NCBI RefSeq assembly: GCF_009914755.1
Contig: NC_060934.1
Source: the human T2T-CHM13v2.0 reference genome, Homo sapiens
DNA length: 64,000 bases
Direction: 5' to 3' (one strand)
Shown here: one piece after another, positions 1 through 32,615 of the stretch
Layout: each line of letters opens with the position of its first letter
Position numbering within the stretch: position 1 is the stretch's first letter
Program-made: the position numbers and the translations under genes
The notes under the pieces: generated by a model
What the model saw: only the letters and a program-made list of their open reading frames with translations
What the model was told of the DNA's origin: nothing
Database searches by the model: none

Positions 1-103
1 CCTGTGTCCATCTTTGTCCCCAAAGCTTCCCTCCTCATCAGCAGCCATGAGAAAGACAGGATTATAAATGCACCAAGGGCTTTAAATGGGACTACAGTAG
101 TAG

Positions 104-1165
<1,062 letters not shown>

Positions 1166-1528
1166 TGCAACTCTTAAATATGCTCGTGGGAGCAGAAGCT
1201 ATGCTCCCTGACAGAAGAACCTGTCCCTCACAATGCAATTGGAGAGAATTTATTGAGTGCTTACTGTGTGCTTGGGATGGTGCATCCAGCAAAACACCTG
1301 AGCCTCTTGGAGACCAGGAGAGTGGACTCAGTCCCAAGTGCAGATTCCTTGAGCTAGAGCTTTTAAAGGAGAGGAGAAATCGGATAAATTGCACTGGACA
1401 ATTCATTCACTCTCTTTCTGGAGGTTTAACCAACCCTAGATTTTATTCTACTGAAATCAGGATAAAACCAGGCATATGTGTATAAAGAGAGGTCTGGAAG
1501 CATGATAACAATGATTATCTTTAAGTAG

Positions 1529-3081
<1,553 letters not shown>

Positions 3082-4030
3082 CAATAAAGGTTTTTTTAAG
3101 GAGAAGAAGCACAAGGACGGCACAGAAGGGAAGAGAGTTTGCGGGGGTGGAGGGGCTCAGCCATAGCAGGAGGGGGAGGTGGAATACTGCCCCCTCCCTC
3201 CTGGTTCAGACACAAGAAAAATGACCCCAATCGCTGTGTTCTGGGACAGCTCTATTTCTTAGAGAATCCTGGGGCACCCTGGCTACCAGGAGGTTTCTCA
3301 CCTGGTTCAGGGTGACCCAGCTAGCCCAGCACAAGGCTTGTATCATCTCGTCCAATTCAGAAGTGCTGTGCCTGTGAGTACTGCTCTAAACGCCTCTAAA
3401 GGTCAGTCCCTCTTTGGCCCCTGATGCTGGGGATACGTTTTACTTTCAATCAGACATTCACTACCATGACATAATCAAGCTAACTCTAGAAAAGTGCCTT
3501 GGGATGTTGGCCTCCCTTCCCTTCCCTGCAGTTGTTCCTTCTCCTTTAAGTGGCTGCTGGCTCTGGCCCTCCCCGCACACACCACAGGTTTTGCCTTTTG
3601 TCACACTGAGCATGCCTCCTGCACCCTTGCTGGGGCACAGATTCTCCCATATTTGGGAGTAAGCCGGAGACTCGGCGGCATGTGGGTTTCTGTTTAAAAT
3701 TCCAAAGCCAGCAGGGCGTATATTATCCATTTCCTCAAATCCAACATGTTGTAAAGCATGAGTCAGAGTCGGATAAGCTTCTTCCCAGGGGAAGTTGTGT
3801 CAGTTGGTTAGCGAATGTAATTAAACACAGATAATGTTCACTGGCATTAGCTGCAGATTAATGCAGAAGAAAACAAAATATCCATCTTGATTTTGCAATA
3901 TTCCTGCCAAGATAACACAACTTCTCCAAGTTTCCCTGATCAGAGAAAGCAGCCTAACTTTCAAGCAATTTGAGGGGCACAGGAAGCCCATTCAATCAAC
4001 ACTCTCCTTCCCACAGAAATGAAGAATGCA

Positions 4031-6630
<2,600 letters not shown>

Positions 6631-6754
6631 CTAATTTATGCTTAGGTGTGAGTGACTAAAATAAGACATTTATTGGCCCATCTGCACTTGTAACTGCTGT
6701 GAACAGGGATGCTGTTTCAAGTGAAATGGAAAACTTTGTTGCAACATGGAGGGG

Positions 6755-7155
6755 TAATGGACTAAATGTTTATGTTTCCTCACAATTCATCTGTCAAAGC
6801 CCTAACCCCCATTGTGATGGTATTTGGTTGGAGATGAGGCTTTTTGGTGGTAATTAGGTTTAGATGAGGTCATGAAGATAGGGCTCCCATGATGAGATTA
6901 GTGTCCTTATAAGAAGAGGAACAGAGAACAGAGCTTGCTCCCTGGCAGTCGCTCCCTCCAGCCCACAACATGTGAGGATACATCGAGAAGGTGGATGTCT
7001 GTAAGAGGCAAGGAAGAGAGCCCTCACCGGGGAACTGAATTAGCCAACACCTTGATGGTGGAGTTCCCCACCTCTAGAAGTATGATAAATAAGTTCCTAT
7101 TGCTTAAGCCACCCAGTCTTTGGTATTGTGTTATGGCAGGCAGCCAGGGACTGCA
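6755..7155 (+). mobile_element. MaLR LTR (MLT1A-like)
   Basis: Characteristic GGTAATTAGGTTTAGATGAGGTCATGA...GTGTCCTTATAAGAAGAG...AATAAGTTCCTATTGCTTAAGCCACCCAGTC...GTTATGGCAG. Confidence 0.75.
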
Positions 7156-7527
7156 TAGGTCTACGACGAGAGGACATATTGCAGTCTCCTTTCATTTATA
7201 CCACTGTGCCTAAGTCCATCTACCCCTGAGGCCTACACAGTCACTTACGGTGAGAAGAGGCAAGTGTGCCATAAGAGGCTAAAGGAATCTGGAAACTTGA
7301 TAAGCAGAATTACTCTTTTTCTTTCTAGACAGAATACTAATAGTCTTATTTTTTAAAACTGTGGAAAAACACATACTCTTTTAGATTGCTAAATTTGGAT
7401 TGTGATATAGAGAGAAACTTTGACTTTGACAGAAGTTTCTTACCTGAACAGCAAAAGCCTGTTCCCAAGTCCATAGCCAAATGGAACATCAATTAACCCC
7501 AGACCAAGTAAATGTTATAAGTAGCCT

Positions 7528-8448
7528 TGATGTAAAATGGTGCAGCCATTTTTGAAAACAGTCTGACAGTTCTTCAAAAGGTTAAATGTAGAGTTACCAT
7601 GTAACTCAACAATTCTACTCCTACATATATACCCAAAGGAAATGAAAACATGTCCACACGAAAATTTTCACACAAATGTTTATACCAGCCTTATTAACAA
7701 TAGCCAAAAAATGGAAACATCCAACTAAATGCCCATCAACTGATGAACAGATAAACAAAATGTGATCCATCCCTACAATGGAATATTATTCAGTCTTTTT
7801 TTTTTTCTTTTTGAGATGGAGTCTCACTCTGTTGCCTAGGTGCAATGGTGCGATCTTGGCTCATTGCAACCTCCGCCTCCTGGGTTCAAGTGATTCTCCT
7901 GCCTGAGCCTCCTGAGTAGTTGGGATTACAGGCACGTGCCACCATGCCCGGCTAATTTTTGTATTTTTAGTAGAGATGGGGTTTCACCATGTTGGTTAGG
8001 CTGGTCTCGAACTCCTGACCTCATGATCTGCCCACTTTGGCCTCCCAAAGTGCTGGGATTACAGGCGTGAGCCACTACGCCTAGCCTTTATTCAGTCTTA
8101 AGATGGATGAGTACTGATTACATGCTACAACATGGACAATCCTTGAAAACTTCATGCTAAGTGAAAGAAGTCTGGCACAAAAAGCCACTTAGCATATAAT
8201 GCCATGTATACGAAATGTCCAGAATAGGTAAATTCAAAGACACAGAAAATAGATTAGTGACTGTAGGGGCTGGGAAGAAAAGGGGAATTATTGCTAATGA
8301 GTATGAAATTTCCGTTGCTGGGTAGTGAAAATATTTTAAAATTGTGATGTTGGTTGCACAACTCTGTGAATATACTAAAAATCATTAAACTGTATACTTT
8401 AAATGAATGAATTGTAGGGCATATAAACTATATCTCAATAAAGCTGTT
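7528..8448 (+). mobile_element. Old L1 (L1MB-like) 3' end interrupted by an antisense Alu (7796-8087)
   Basis: L1M 3' motifs ending TATATCTCAATAAAGCTGTT; Alu TSD TTATTCAGTCTT. Confidence 0.8.
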
Positions 8449-9446
8449 ACACACACATATAACACACAAAGAAAATCTGGAACATAGTACTTATTACCTT
8501 GTAGGTACTTACAAGTTGATTGGTTAAAAGGCTGCAGGTCTCCCTAGGAATGGAAAATGGCCCTGGTACCCCGTTTGGAGCTCCTGGTGAGTGGCCACTG
8601 CTGGGGCTAAGCATGGGTGGGAGGAGCCAGGGCAAGGGCCTCACATGCTCATCATTTGTACTCCTGTTCTTTTGGCCAGAAATATAAATAAAGCATGAGA
8701 AAACAGGCCACAAAATAGATTTGAGTATATTTTAATAGTTATTTCTAGTATTTCTGTTGTTTCTTCTTAACAATCTAATTTCTCTTTAAGCCCTATAAAT
8801 AGAACAAGCCTTATTAGAAGGATATCATTATTTAAGATTGGAGTCACTACAAAAATCATATAATTACTAATTCCACAGGCAGTGAATTAAAATGGAATAC
8901 TCAAATCAGCTATAGAGAAATGAGACAGAATCTTTGGCAAGATGCTAGATTATTAACAGATTTCTTTTGCATGGAAACAAAAAGGCTTAAGGGTCAGAAA
9001 GGAGTTCGGTTAGAATTTCTTCACTTCAAAGGTCCAAACTATCAATGGAGAAATAAAATTAACTCTTTGTAGACTACACAATTAATATTCATCTCAGGAT
9101 CAATTTTTGTGAAAAATGGCACCACTACTTCATGAATTATTTTTTGCCCAGGAAATTCTCCCTCCTGATTTGTAAAATGGAAAAGAATAACTAAAGCATG
9201 ATACAGGCTTTAAGTAAGCAGTCTCCATTTCCTCAGTAAATCTAAAACACAGACAGCAAGGAAACAGGGTCAAAGCACTATTTTCCAGCTTAAAGCACAA
9301 TTTGGTAACGTAAGAATGCATTTACATTAGTAAATACACAGAATTAAGGTTGATTTCATGCATCTTAAAATTATTTTTTAAATTACAAAAGCAATGCATG
9401 CTCATTATAAAAATGCAGCAGTGTGTAAATTATTAATAATAATTAC

Positions 9447-10559
<1,113 letters not shown>

Positions 10560-10574
10560 TCAATTCATGGACCT

Positions 10575-11731
<1,157 letters not shown>

Positions 11732-12107
11732 ATTTCAATTCATGACAGTGAAAGAACATGATTAAAATACATTTGATTATTTCAACCAGTCTGTGAAATC
11801 TAAAGAAATAATACACATGTAAACAAAAAAACTTCATAAATCAAGGTAGGTAGTTTGCTGCTCAGAAATGACAAGGTTATAATAAGAAGAGAAAGCAGAT
11901 TTTTGAAAACCACAAGAAACAACCACAAAGTTACATGCTGGTCAGATAGAGGGTAGAAGAGATAATCTGAGCGAGAATCTATAGCATGCCTCTAAAAAAA
12001 TCTTTATTTTGCTATGATCCATATTTGGCTTTTAAAGACTACGTATTTAACATGATTTTGGAATATAACATATTTCTGGCAAGGAGACAAGCAAATTAGC
12101 TACGACG

Positions 12108-13087
<980 letters not shown>

Positions 13088-13198
13088 GTATATTTTTGTT
13101 TTGTTTTCTCTAAATCTCCTAATCCACAGGTGTTTGTGGGCTTTGCTATTCTTAGGGCTCTTCAACGAAGAAATTGTCACAATTTTTTATCCTCAAAA

Positions 13199-15205
<2,007 letters not shown>

Positions 15206-15387
15206 TGCTTCATCCTGGACATGCTGACCTCCATCCCTCACTGGGCACCAAGGGAAAGCTCGGCACCAGTGAAGGGGAAGAGGGAAAAAAAGGCTTTTTC
15301 CCCCTTCAATGTGTCAGAAACTTAAGCAGTATATGTTGGCAAACATTTCTGTTTATTCAACTATTTTGACCAAGTTGTTTGCAGACC

Positions 15388-16306
<919 letters not shown>

Positions 16307-16425
16307 GGAAGTAGAAGCAAGTTTGTTTAAATGCTCCGTATATTATCATTTACTAAAAGCTTAGCAAACTAGATTTCTAGCAGCATCTCTGAAAGCAGCG
16401 GAAAGATGTGATTACGAGTTGGAAA

Positions 16426-16699
16426 GAGCTGGTTTTAATTTCTATGTCTAACACTTCGGGTATCAACCTTGGGCAAATTTCCTAATTTCTCTGAAATACA
16501 GTTTCCTTTTGGAAAATGGAGATTAATGAAAGACATAATTGTTTTTAGGATTAAATGAGACCATGTATGTGCAATGGATTGTTTTTGATAGACACTGGAC
16601 CTTCAGATTTTAAAAGCAGAATAAAAACTGTTACTTAGAAGTTACAAGCTGTTCCTCCCTGCTAAGTGAAGATTTGGATACACTCAAAAGTCTACTGTT
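16426..16699 (+). repeat. Local duplication A, copy 1 (MIR fragment plus flank)
   Basis: About 95% identical to 18218-18495 by manual alignment. Confidence 0.95.
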
Positions 16700-18217
16700 C
16701 TCTGTTCTGGGAGAGCCACCACTTTGTGTTTAAATTATGCAAATATACATGAAGTGTCCACCCATTGTTCTTGAGAGAAAATTGAATACAGTAAAATAAC
16801 TGAAATACAGTTGTTTTAGGTCAAGAAATTACGTGTTTGATCATATAAATTGGGTAATCTTTTCACAACTTTGAAGGGGAATCTGTTCGTTCCTCTATGA
16901 ATTTAGGCTGTGTTATGCCCCTACATTGTTGCTTCTTCTTGGAGAGTTTTTTTCCCCTATTGTTTATGAAGGAACCCTGAGGACTGTAGGAGGGGCCACA
17001 GGCATGAATTTTACTTCATGGTGGAGGGAGGCTGTACTCAGTGACTGCTCTGGGCTATTCCCTTCGCGTGGTATTTTTTTTTTTAAACTAAATAATCCAG
17101 AATGTATTGATGCTGGATGTGTTAGTCTGAGTCCTCTTAAAAGACAGAATCAAGATGGCATTAAATGTGCAAGGAATGTATTAGGGAATATGCCTGTGAG
17201 AGAAAATGGGGAGGGAACCAAGACAGACCGAGATAGTCATTTTTCATGCTGTGGATGAAAAAATAAAGACAGCTGGACTCTAGAGACAGGGAATGAAGCA
17301 AGTGCCCATGAGAGCAAGAGGCCCCAGCAGAAGATGCCGAAATAGAAGATATTTTCCTTAGCACTTGACCACTTCCTTATTCTTTTTGTTCTGACTCTTA
17401 TGAGGCTGGGCTGCAACTCCTTGAATGGTGCAAGATACTCTTCTCTCTGTGCAGTACATGGCTTTTTGTTTAAAGTCATCTGATTTCTAAGACGGCCACA
17501 TGTGGGATAGAGTAGCTATGGGGAGAGAAACACCCCATTTCCTGACACTAGAGTGTGGGTAACCATGGAGAGAACCAGTGGGAAACAGTGGGGTCTCCTG
17601 CAGTGGTCATCTCATCCTCATGAGAGAGTCCACAGGGAGAGGAGGCCAGAGTGGTAGAGTCTTACAGATCTATTCCTGACACCTCAATAGATAGCTTCTC
17701 CCAGCAGGTCACACTGAGAGGTGACTTCTGGCAATTAGAGGAATGAGTAGTGAGTCATTGTTTTAATATTAATGGAAATATGACTGAAATTTGCGGTACT
17801 AGGCTAAAGCCAGGCATTTTGGTTGCCCAGGTAAAATACTTGCTTCACAACAAGACTACAGTCAACACTAATTATTTCTCGCCCACTTTCCAAGATTCTC
17901 TGTCATTCCATAAAATACCATGCTCCAGGGTCACTTTATTTATAAATCCACTCTAATTTTTGGAGCAATCATTCCTGAGCACACATAGTGTAATGCAAAG
18001 GTCCCCCTTGCTTGGAAGAATAAATCACATTTTAGGAATATTGCTAGGTGGATTATGGTCTGTCATTAACTCCCATTAAAAATTATTAGATCATGGGGCT
18101 CTAAAGCACTCTAATTATAAATATATTTAGAAGATGTAATAAAATAAAAATAAAACCTTTTTTTAAAAAGCAAATTTTGTATAGATCACATACTGAAAGG
18201 AAAACAAAAACTCCTTT

Positions 18218-18495
18218 GAGCTGGTTTTAATTTCTGTGTCTAACACTTAGGGCAGCAACCTTGGGCAAATTTCCTAATTTCTCTGAAATACAGTTTCCTT
18301 TTGGAAAATGGAGATTAATGAAAGACATAATTGTTTTCAGGATTAAATGAGAACATGTATGTGCAATGGATTATTTTTGATAGACACTGGACCTTGAGAT
18401 TTTAAAAGCAGAATAAAAACTGTTATTTAGAAGTTACAAGCAGTTCCTCTCTACTAAGAAGTGAAGATTTGGATACACATCAAAAGTCCACTGTT
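18218..18495 (+). repeat. Local duplication A, copy 2
   Basis: Direct repeat of 16426-16699; about 13 substitutions and 2 small indels. Confidence 0.95.
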
Positions 18496-20361
18496 ATTTA
18501 GAAAATTAGAACATTTTGTAACATATTTATCATAATATCCCAAATTACAGTGCTGTGTTATCCTCAAAATGAGTTCCCAAATACAAATACTAGATGTGTA
18601 CCTGATGCCAGAGGGGGTGTGTTTTGGTGATGGGTAAAAGGAAGCAATAGCCCTCTTTCTTGGGTGATTTTAATGCCTTTCTCTTCTTCCTAAGCTGGTA
18701 CAAACCGTCTAGTATACTCTGGGTTTTCTTTTTCTTCTTCTTTTTAAAAATTTAATTTAATTTAAAATTTTTTTCCTTTTCCTCCTCCTCCTAATTTTTA
18801 TTCATTATTTATTTATTTTTAGAGATAGGGTCTCACTATATTGCCCAGGCCAGTTTCAAACTCCTAGGCTCAAGCAATCCTCCCACCTCAGCCTCCCAAG
18901 TAGCTGGGACTACAGCTACCTGCCACCATGTCCAGTTCTAGATACTCAGGCGAGGGACATAGCTAAGACTGGGAAATAGCAACATGCATTAACCAGAGCT
19001 CTTTAGACTGCAGATGGGGGAATCCTAACTTAACCTAATTAAAGCCAAAGGGAATTTATTGGTTTCTATATTTGAGTGGTTCAGGGTATTCTCTGACTTT
19101 GAGTATAACCGGACTCAGGAGCTCAAACAATTGTTCAAATCTAACCCTCTCTCCCAATCTTTGTGCCCTGCTTCTCACAGTGATTTGGTCTCATTTTTTT
19201 CTTACTCCAGACTTCTGGGGAAAATGGCTCCAACAGTTCCAATTTCACATCTTTCAATGTTAGTAACTCCAATAGAGAATTGTTCTTTCTTAATACCCGT
19301 ATATTAATTTCTGGGAAGGATTCTGACTGGCTCTTCTAGGGTTACATGTCTATTCTTGAATGGTTAACTGTCACCAAGGAGGTAGGATACTATGATTGGC
19401 TAATCCTGGGTCATATTCATTTCACTGTGATAATGTTGCAGGGGAGGCGGTTAGAGAAAAGAGATTCCTGTATTTAGGAGCCCTACAAAGTCATATGAAG
19501 TACGAGAGGATGTCTGTCCTACTGCCTTAGCCTCCCTAGTAGCTAGGAACACAGGCATGCACCACCACACCTGTCTAATTTTTAAATTATTTTGTACCGA
19601 TGGGGTATCACTATGTTATCCAGGCTGTTCTGGAACTGCTGGCCTCAAATGATCCTCCTGCTTTGGCTTTGCAAGGCATCAATCTAGAATTGTTTACCTT
19701 TGGCCTTTTCTATGCCTCAGTTTATTGGGCTAATAACTATAATTTGTTTAAGTTTGTGAGTATTTTTTCTTTAGCCCCAAATTTCATGATAATATCGTCT
19801 TGCTTTTTCTTTCCACAGCATTTGAACTTGCTTTCTAGACCCCTTTGCTCAGTAATATTTATGCAAATATTGTAGTTATACCTATACCTCACTGGCCTAT
19901 GAATAGAACAATTTTAAGATAAGACCTCTTTGAAGCAACATGCATGCCAATGAAAAGCCCAATTTGGCAGAATGAAGATTAAAAAGAGCTAGAATCCTTG
20001 AAGACCAATCAGTTGAATTAAAGTCACCCATTGTCAGTTGTCACCTTTCGCCTATGTAAGGACAATAAATCTTTATTTGTTTATACTTTAATGCATATTT
20101 CCCATTTACAATACAGTTCATTCCTTTGCGTAGATATCATTTTCCTTCTGTCTGAAAGATTTCCTTCAACATTACTTATAATGCATGCACACCAGTTACA
20201 AAGTTTTTCAGCTTTCTGCATCTGAAAAAGTTTTCTTTGCCTCCATTTTTCTCCCCTTCTTTTTCACAGGTGTTGATACCTTCATTTTTGAAAGGTAAAA
20301 TGTTCACGGAATTCTAGGTTAACAGCTTTGTTTTGTTTTGTTTTTGTTTTTTCTTTGAGTA

Positions 20362-20712
20362 CAGTCATGCACTGCAAGACAACATTTCAGTCAATGACAA
20401 ACCTCATATACAACGGTGGTCCCATAAGATTAGATTACAATACAATATTTTCACTGTACCTTTTCTATGTTTAGACATGCTTAGATACACAAATATTTAT
20501 CATTTTCTTATACTTGCCTGCAGTATTCAGTACAGTAACATGCTATAAGATTTGTAGCCTAGGAGCAATGGCCATACTGTAAAGCCTAGATGTGTAGTAG
20601 ACTATACCATCCAGATTTGTGTAAGTACACTTTATAATGTTTGCACAATGAAGAAATTGCCTTACGAAGTATTTCTCAAAACATGTCCCCATTGTCAAGT
20701 GATGCATGCCTG
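20362..20712. mobile_element. Tigger3a/MER7-like non-autonomous DNA transposon
   Basis: TA|CAGTCATGCA ... TGCATGCCTG|TA terminal inverted repeats with TA duplication; about 350 bp. Confidence 0.8.
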
Positions 20713-20870
20713 TACTTGTAAAGATATCACTCCACTGACTTCTTGGTTTTATCGTTTCCCATGAGAAGCCTGCTGTTACTCTTACCTTCTTGGCTTTTAT
20801 AATTATGTAAGCCAATTCTCATAAGAAACCTCTCTCTATATATGTGTACAGATATATACCTATATAATAA

Positions 20871-20883
20871 TCATCTATCTATC

Positions 20884-20938
<55 letters not shown>

Positions 20939-20941
20939 ATC
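20871..20941 (+). repeat. (TATC)n tetranucleotide STR within an MLT2-like LTR 3' fragment (about 20800-20980)
   Basis: About 13 uninterrupted TATC units plus variants, followed by CTCCTATTTGTTCTGCTTCTCTAGAGAAC. Confidence 0.9.
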
Positions 20942-21473
20942 TCCTATTTGTTCTGCTTCTCTAGAGAACTATCACTGGTACAAATACGCTGCTTGATCCC
21001 CCATGTGTTAAAAGTTTTTTTCCATTCTGGCTCTAGAGAACATGAACTATTTCCACTGCCATCTGATCTCTGTGAGTTATTCCACCTGCTCCTTTCAGAT
21101 GGTTCTTTTCCCAGCCTTGGGTAGTTTTCTCACATGCATATTCTAAAGAGTGGTCAGTTGAAAACCCAGTGTGATCATCTGAAAATCTTCAGAGCTCTAT
21201 TCATGTGCAGCACTCGGAGCCTCCTTCTGGTACTCTTTACTGTGAATTATACTCTCGTTGAATGCTTAGTACTTTCAGCAACACCTCGTCAGCTCAGGAA
21301 GACTGTGGACTCTGGGTTCCTCTTCTCTGAGCTGACGGTAATTCAGGGCAAATTGAATGCTTGCTTCACTAGTTTCCCTCTCCTCGGGGATCAACATCAT
21401 GCACTGCCTGTTGACCAATGTTTGTTGGTGTATTTGCCTTTTTTAAAGTTTTTAGACAAGAGGATAAATCTAG

Positions 21474-28147
<6,674 letters not shown>

Positions 28148-28354
28148 TTAATTCAGTCGATATGTTTTTAAATTATCATTTTTTTCTGAAACAGGAAATA
28201 TTGATTTCTATTTTGTCATACATAATATATAATTGTATTATCATAAAAATCATACATAATTTTATCAACATAATCAATTATGTCTCTTTGGCCAGCAAGT
28301 GAAGGAAAACCCAAGCCAAACTGGCCTTAACCATAGGAGGATTTATTTGCTCAG

Positions 28355-28787
28355 TGTGCTGGTTAGTTTTGTGTTAACTGGGCTATGGGGTGCCCACATA
28401 TTTGGTCAAACATTATTCTAGGTGTTTCTGTGAGGGTGTTCTTGAATAAGACTAATGATTAGGTTGATAGACTGAGAAAATAAGATGGTCCTCATTCCTT
28501 AGTGTGGGTGGGCCTCACTGAATAATTTAAAAAGCCTGAATATAAGGAAAAGAGTGAACTTCCTCCAAGTAAGATAATTCTTTCCTGCCTGACTGTGTAT
28601 GTTTGAATTGGGTTTTTTTCTCCACCTTCAGACTTGACCTGAAACACCAGCTTTTCTTTATTCTTGACACTGCTGGCCTTCAGACTGGAACTAAATCTCT
28701 GTTCTCCTGGGTCTCCACCTTGCCAATTCATCTTTCAGGTCTAGGGCTTGTCTGCCTCCGTAATTGTGTACGCCAATTCCTTATTTT

Positions 28788-28825
<38 letters not shown>

Positions 28826-28880
28826 CAATAGGATAGATGTAATCGCCAATTGGTTCTGTTTCTCTGGAGAACCCTGACTA
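28355..28880 (+). mobile_element. ERVL LTR (MLT2-like) with internal (CA)n
   Basis: GGGTGCCCACATATTTGGTCAAACATTATTCTAGGTGTTTCTGTGAGGGTG ... TGGTTCTGTTTCTCTGGAGAACCCTGACTA. Confidence 0.8.
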
Positions 28881-29505
28881 CCATGCAATCTTCCTGCCTC
28901 AACCTCCCAAGTAGCTGCAATTACAGGATATGCTCTTGATATATTTAGGTGAAAATAGCAAGAATAAAAATTGAACACTATACTTCTAAGGGGTGAATTT
29001 TATGGTATGTAAAAGATCTCAGTAAAAATCACATGGGAAAAAAGTTGAACACACACACAAAATACAGATGAACAGGAAAAAGGCTGAAAGAGAATACATT
29101 AAAATGTTAATAGTAGTCATCTCTAGGAGCTGGAATTTTACATAATGTTAATAGTCTTGTTTGTAGTTTTCTCACACAACACAGATTAAAATACAATAAA
29201 AAAGTGTACAATTAAAAAAATTGGAAAATGTATGAAGTTGAAAATTACTTAAATCCATGTTGAATTTTAAAAAATTGGTCAAGAAAAGAGAAGAACCACA
29301 ATTCAAAGTGATGGGGGAAATGGTTGTGGTTTTGGGTGGAGGTGGAGGGTGGGGCGTGGTGTTTGGAGGGTGGGGCATGGTGTACATGTCAGCATTTGGA
29401 GAGAGGAAGGAAGAGCTACTAACGAAGCCGCTGTGTGGTTCACGTGGGGAAGAGGCTGCCATAGTGGTCTAGATAGAGAAGGTTCATCCGTGATGAGCTG
29501 GAGAA

Positions 29506-29509
<4 letters not shown>

Positions 29510-29537
<28 letters not shown>

Positions 29538-29559
29538 CTGTGTCTGTGTGGGTGTGTGT
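29510..29559 (+). repeat. (TG)n microsatellite, imperfect 3' half
   Basis: Direct reading. Confidence 0.9.
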
Positions 29560-29758
29560 TACAGGTTCACTCATGCGGGCACAAAGTGTATTGGAGTGTA
29601 TGGAAAGATGTAAGTAAATCTAGCCATACAACTGATACTCAGCAGTCCAAAAATGAGGCAAAAGGAGAGCCCCAAAACCTAGAGAGACACTGAGCATCCC
29701 AACTAAATATAGAAGTCTCAGGTTTTATAACCAGCTCTATCCTGGATTAAACTTTTCA

Positions 29759-30567
<809 letters not shown>

Positions 30568-31373
30568 TGCAATTTTTTTTTTTACATATCTTACAACATT
30601 CCCTAACATTAGTGGTCTCCAAACTAATTACATGGTAAAGAGTAATGTCGAGCTAGCCACAATCAAGAGTAAATGTCATACAGTCCTTTACCTCTGTAGC
30701 TTATAATCCTGTAGCAATTTCCCTTTTCTTCCTTATCTTTGAGTTGCATGAACATTCACTTCAGTCTGACTAATCACTGATCTGGAACATTCGCCCACCT
30801 CCTGCCTTGTTCATTCTGAAATGTCTGCCCTCTTGCCTGCCTAACCAAACATTATTCTTCCTTTGAGGGCAGATTTAGTTCCACTGTCCCATAGACTCTT
30901 TCTTACCCTTAGGCCCGTGGGGATCTCCTCCTGCTTGGAATTTGAGCATCACACCTTCTTTGCCACATATTTGCAACTTAGTTTCATGATGATTCCTTAG
31001 TCTAGCCCGTGCAATGAACTGACCTCTCTCTTTCCATGGTAACATTTCAGTCCTTAATAATCTGTGCTATGTTTAGTGAGACTGAAAACTTTATTATCCC
31101 CACTTTAGACATTAGAAACCAGATTTGTAATTTTTCAAGTGTCAAATGAGAACCATGTGGCTAAGTGCCCACATACATCTGGGGTTCTATTACTATGGAG
31201 GAAAAGCAGAACGGATATATTGGAGGACATCTAGCAGCCTGTATCATAGGAGAGAAATGTAAAATGATCATGTCAGAAAAGGACAATTAAAAGGATTAGT
31301 ACAAGCAGCTCATGCCAGGGCCTTGCTGTGGGAAATCATAAAGAAAGAACTGAAAGTGGACCTTGAAGGTAGG

Positions 31374-32615
<1,242 letters not shown>

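Noticed and set aside
6905-6914. CCTTATAAGA, one mismatch from the VCL promoter CArG
   Set aside because: Part of the ordinary MLT1A LTR sequence.
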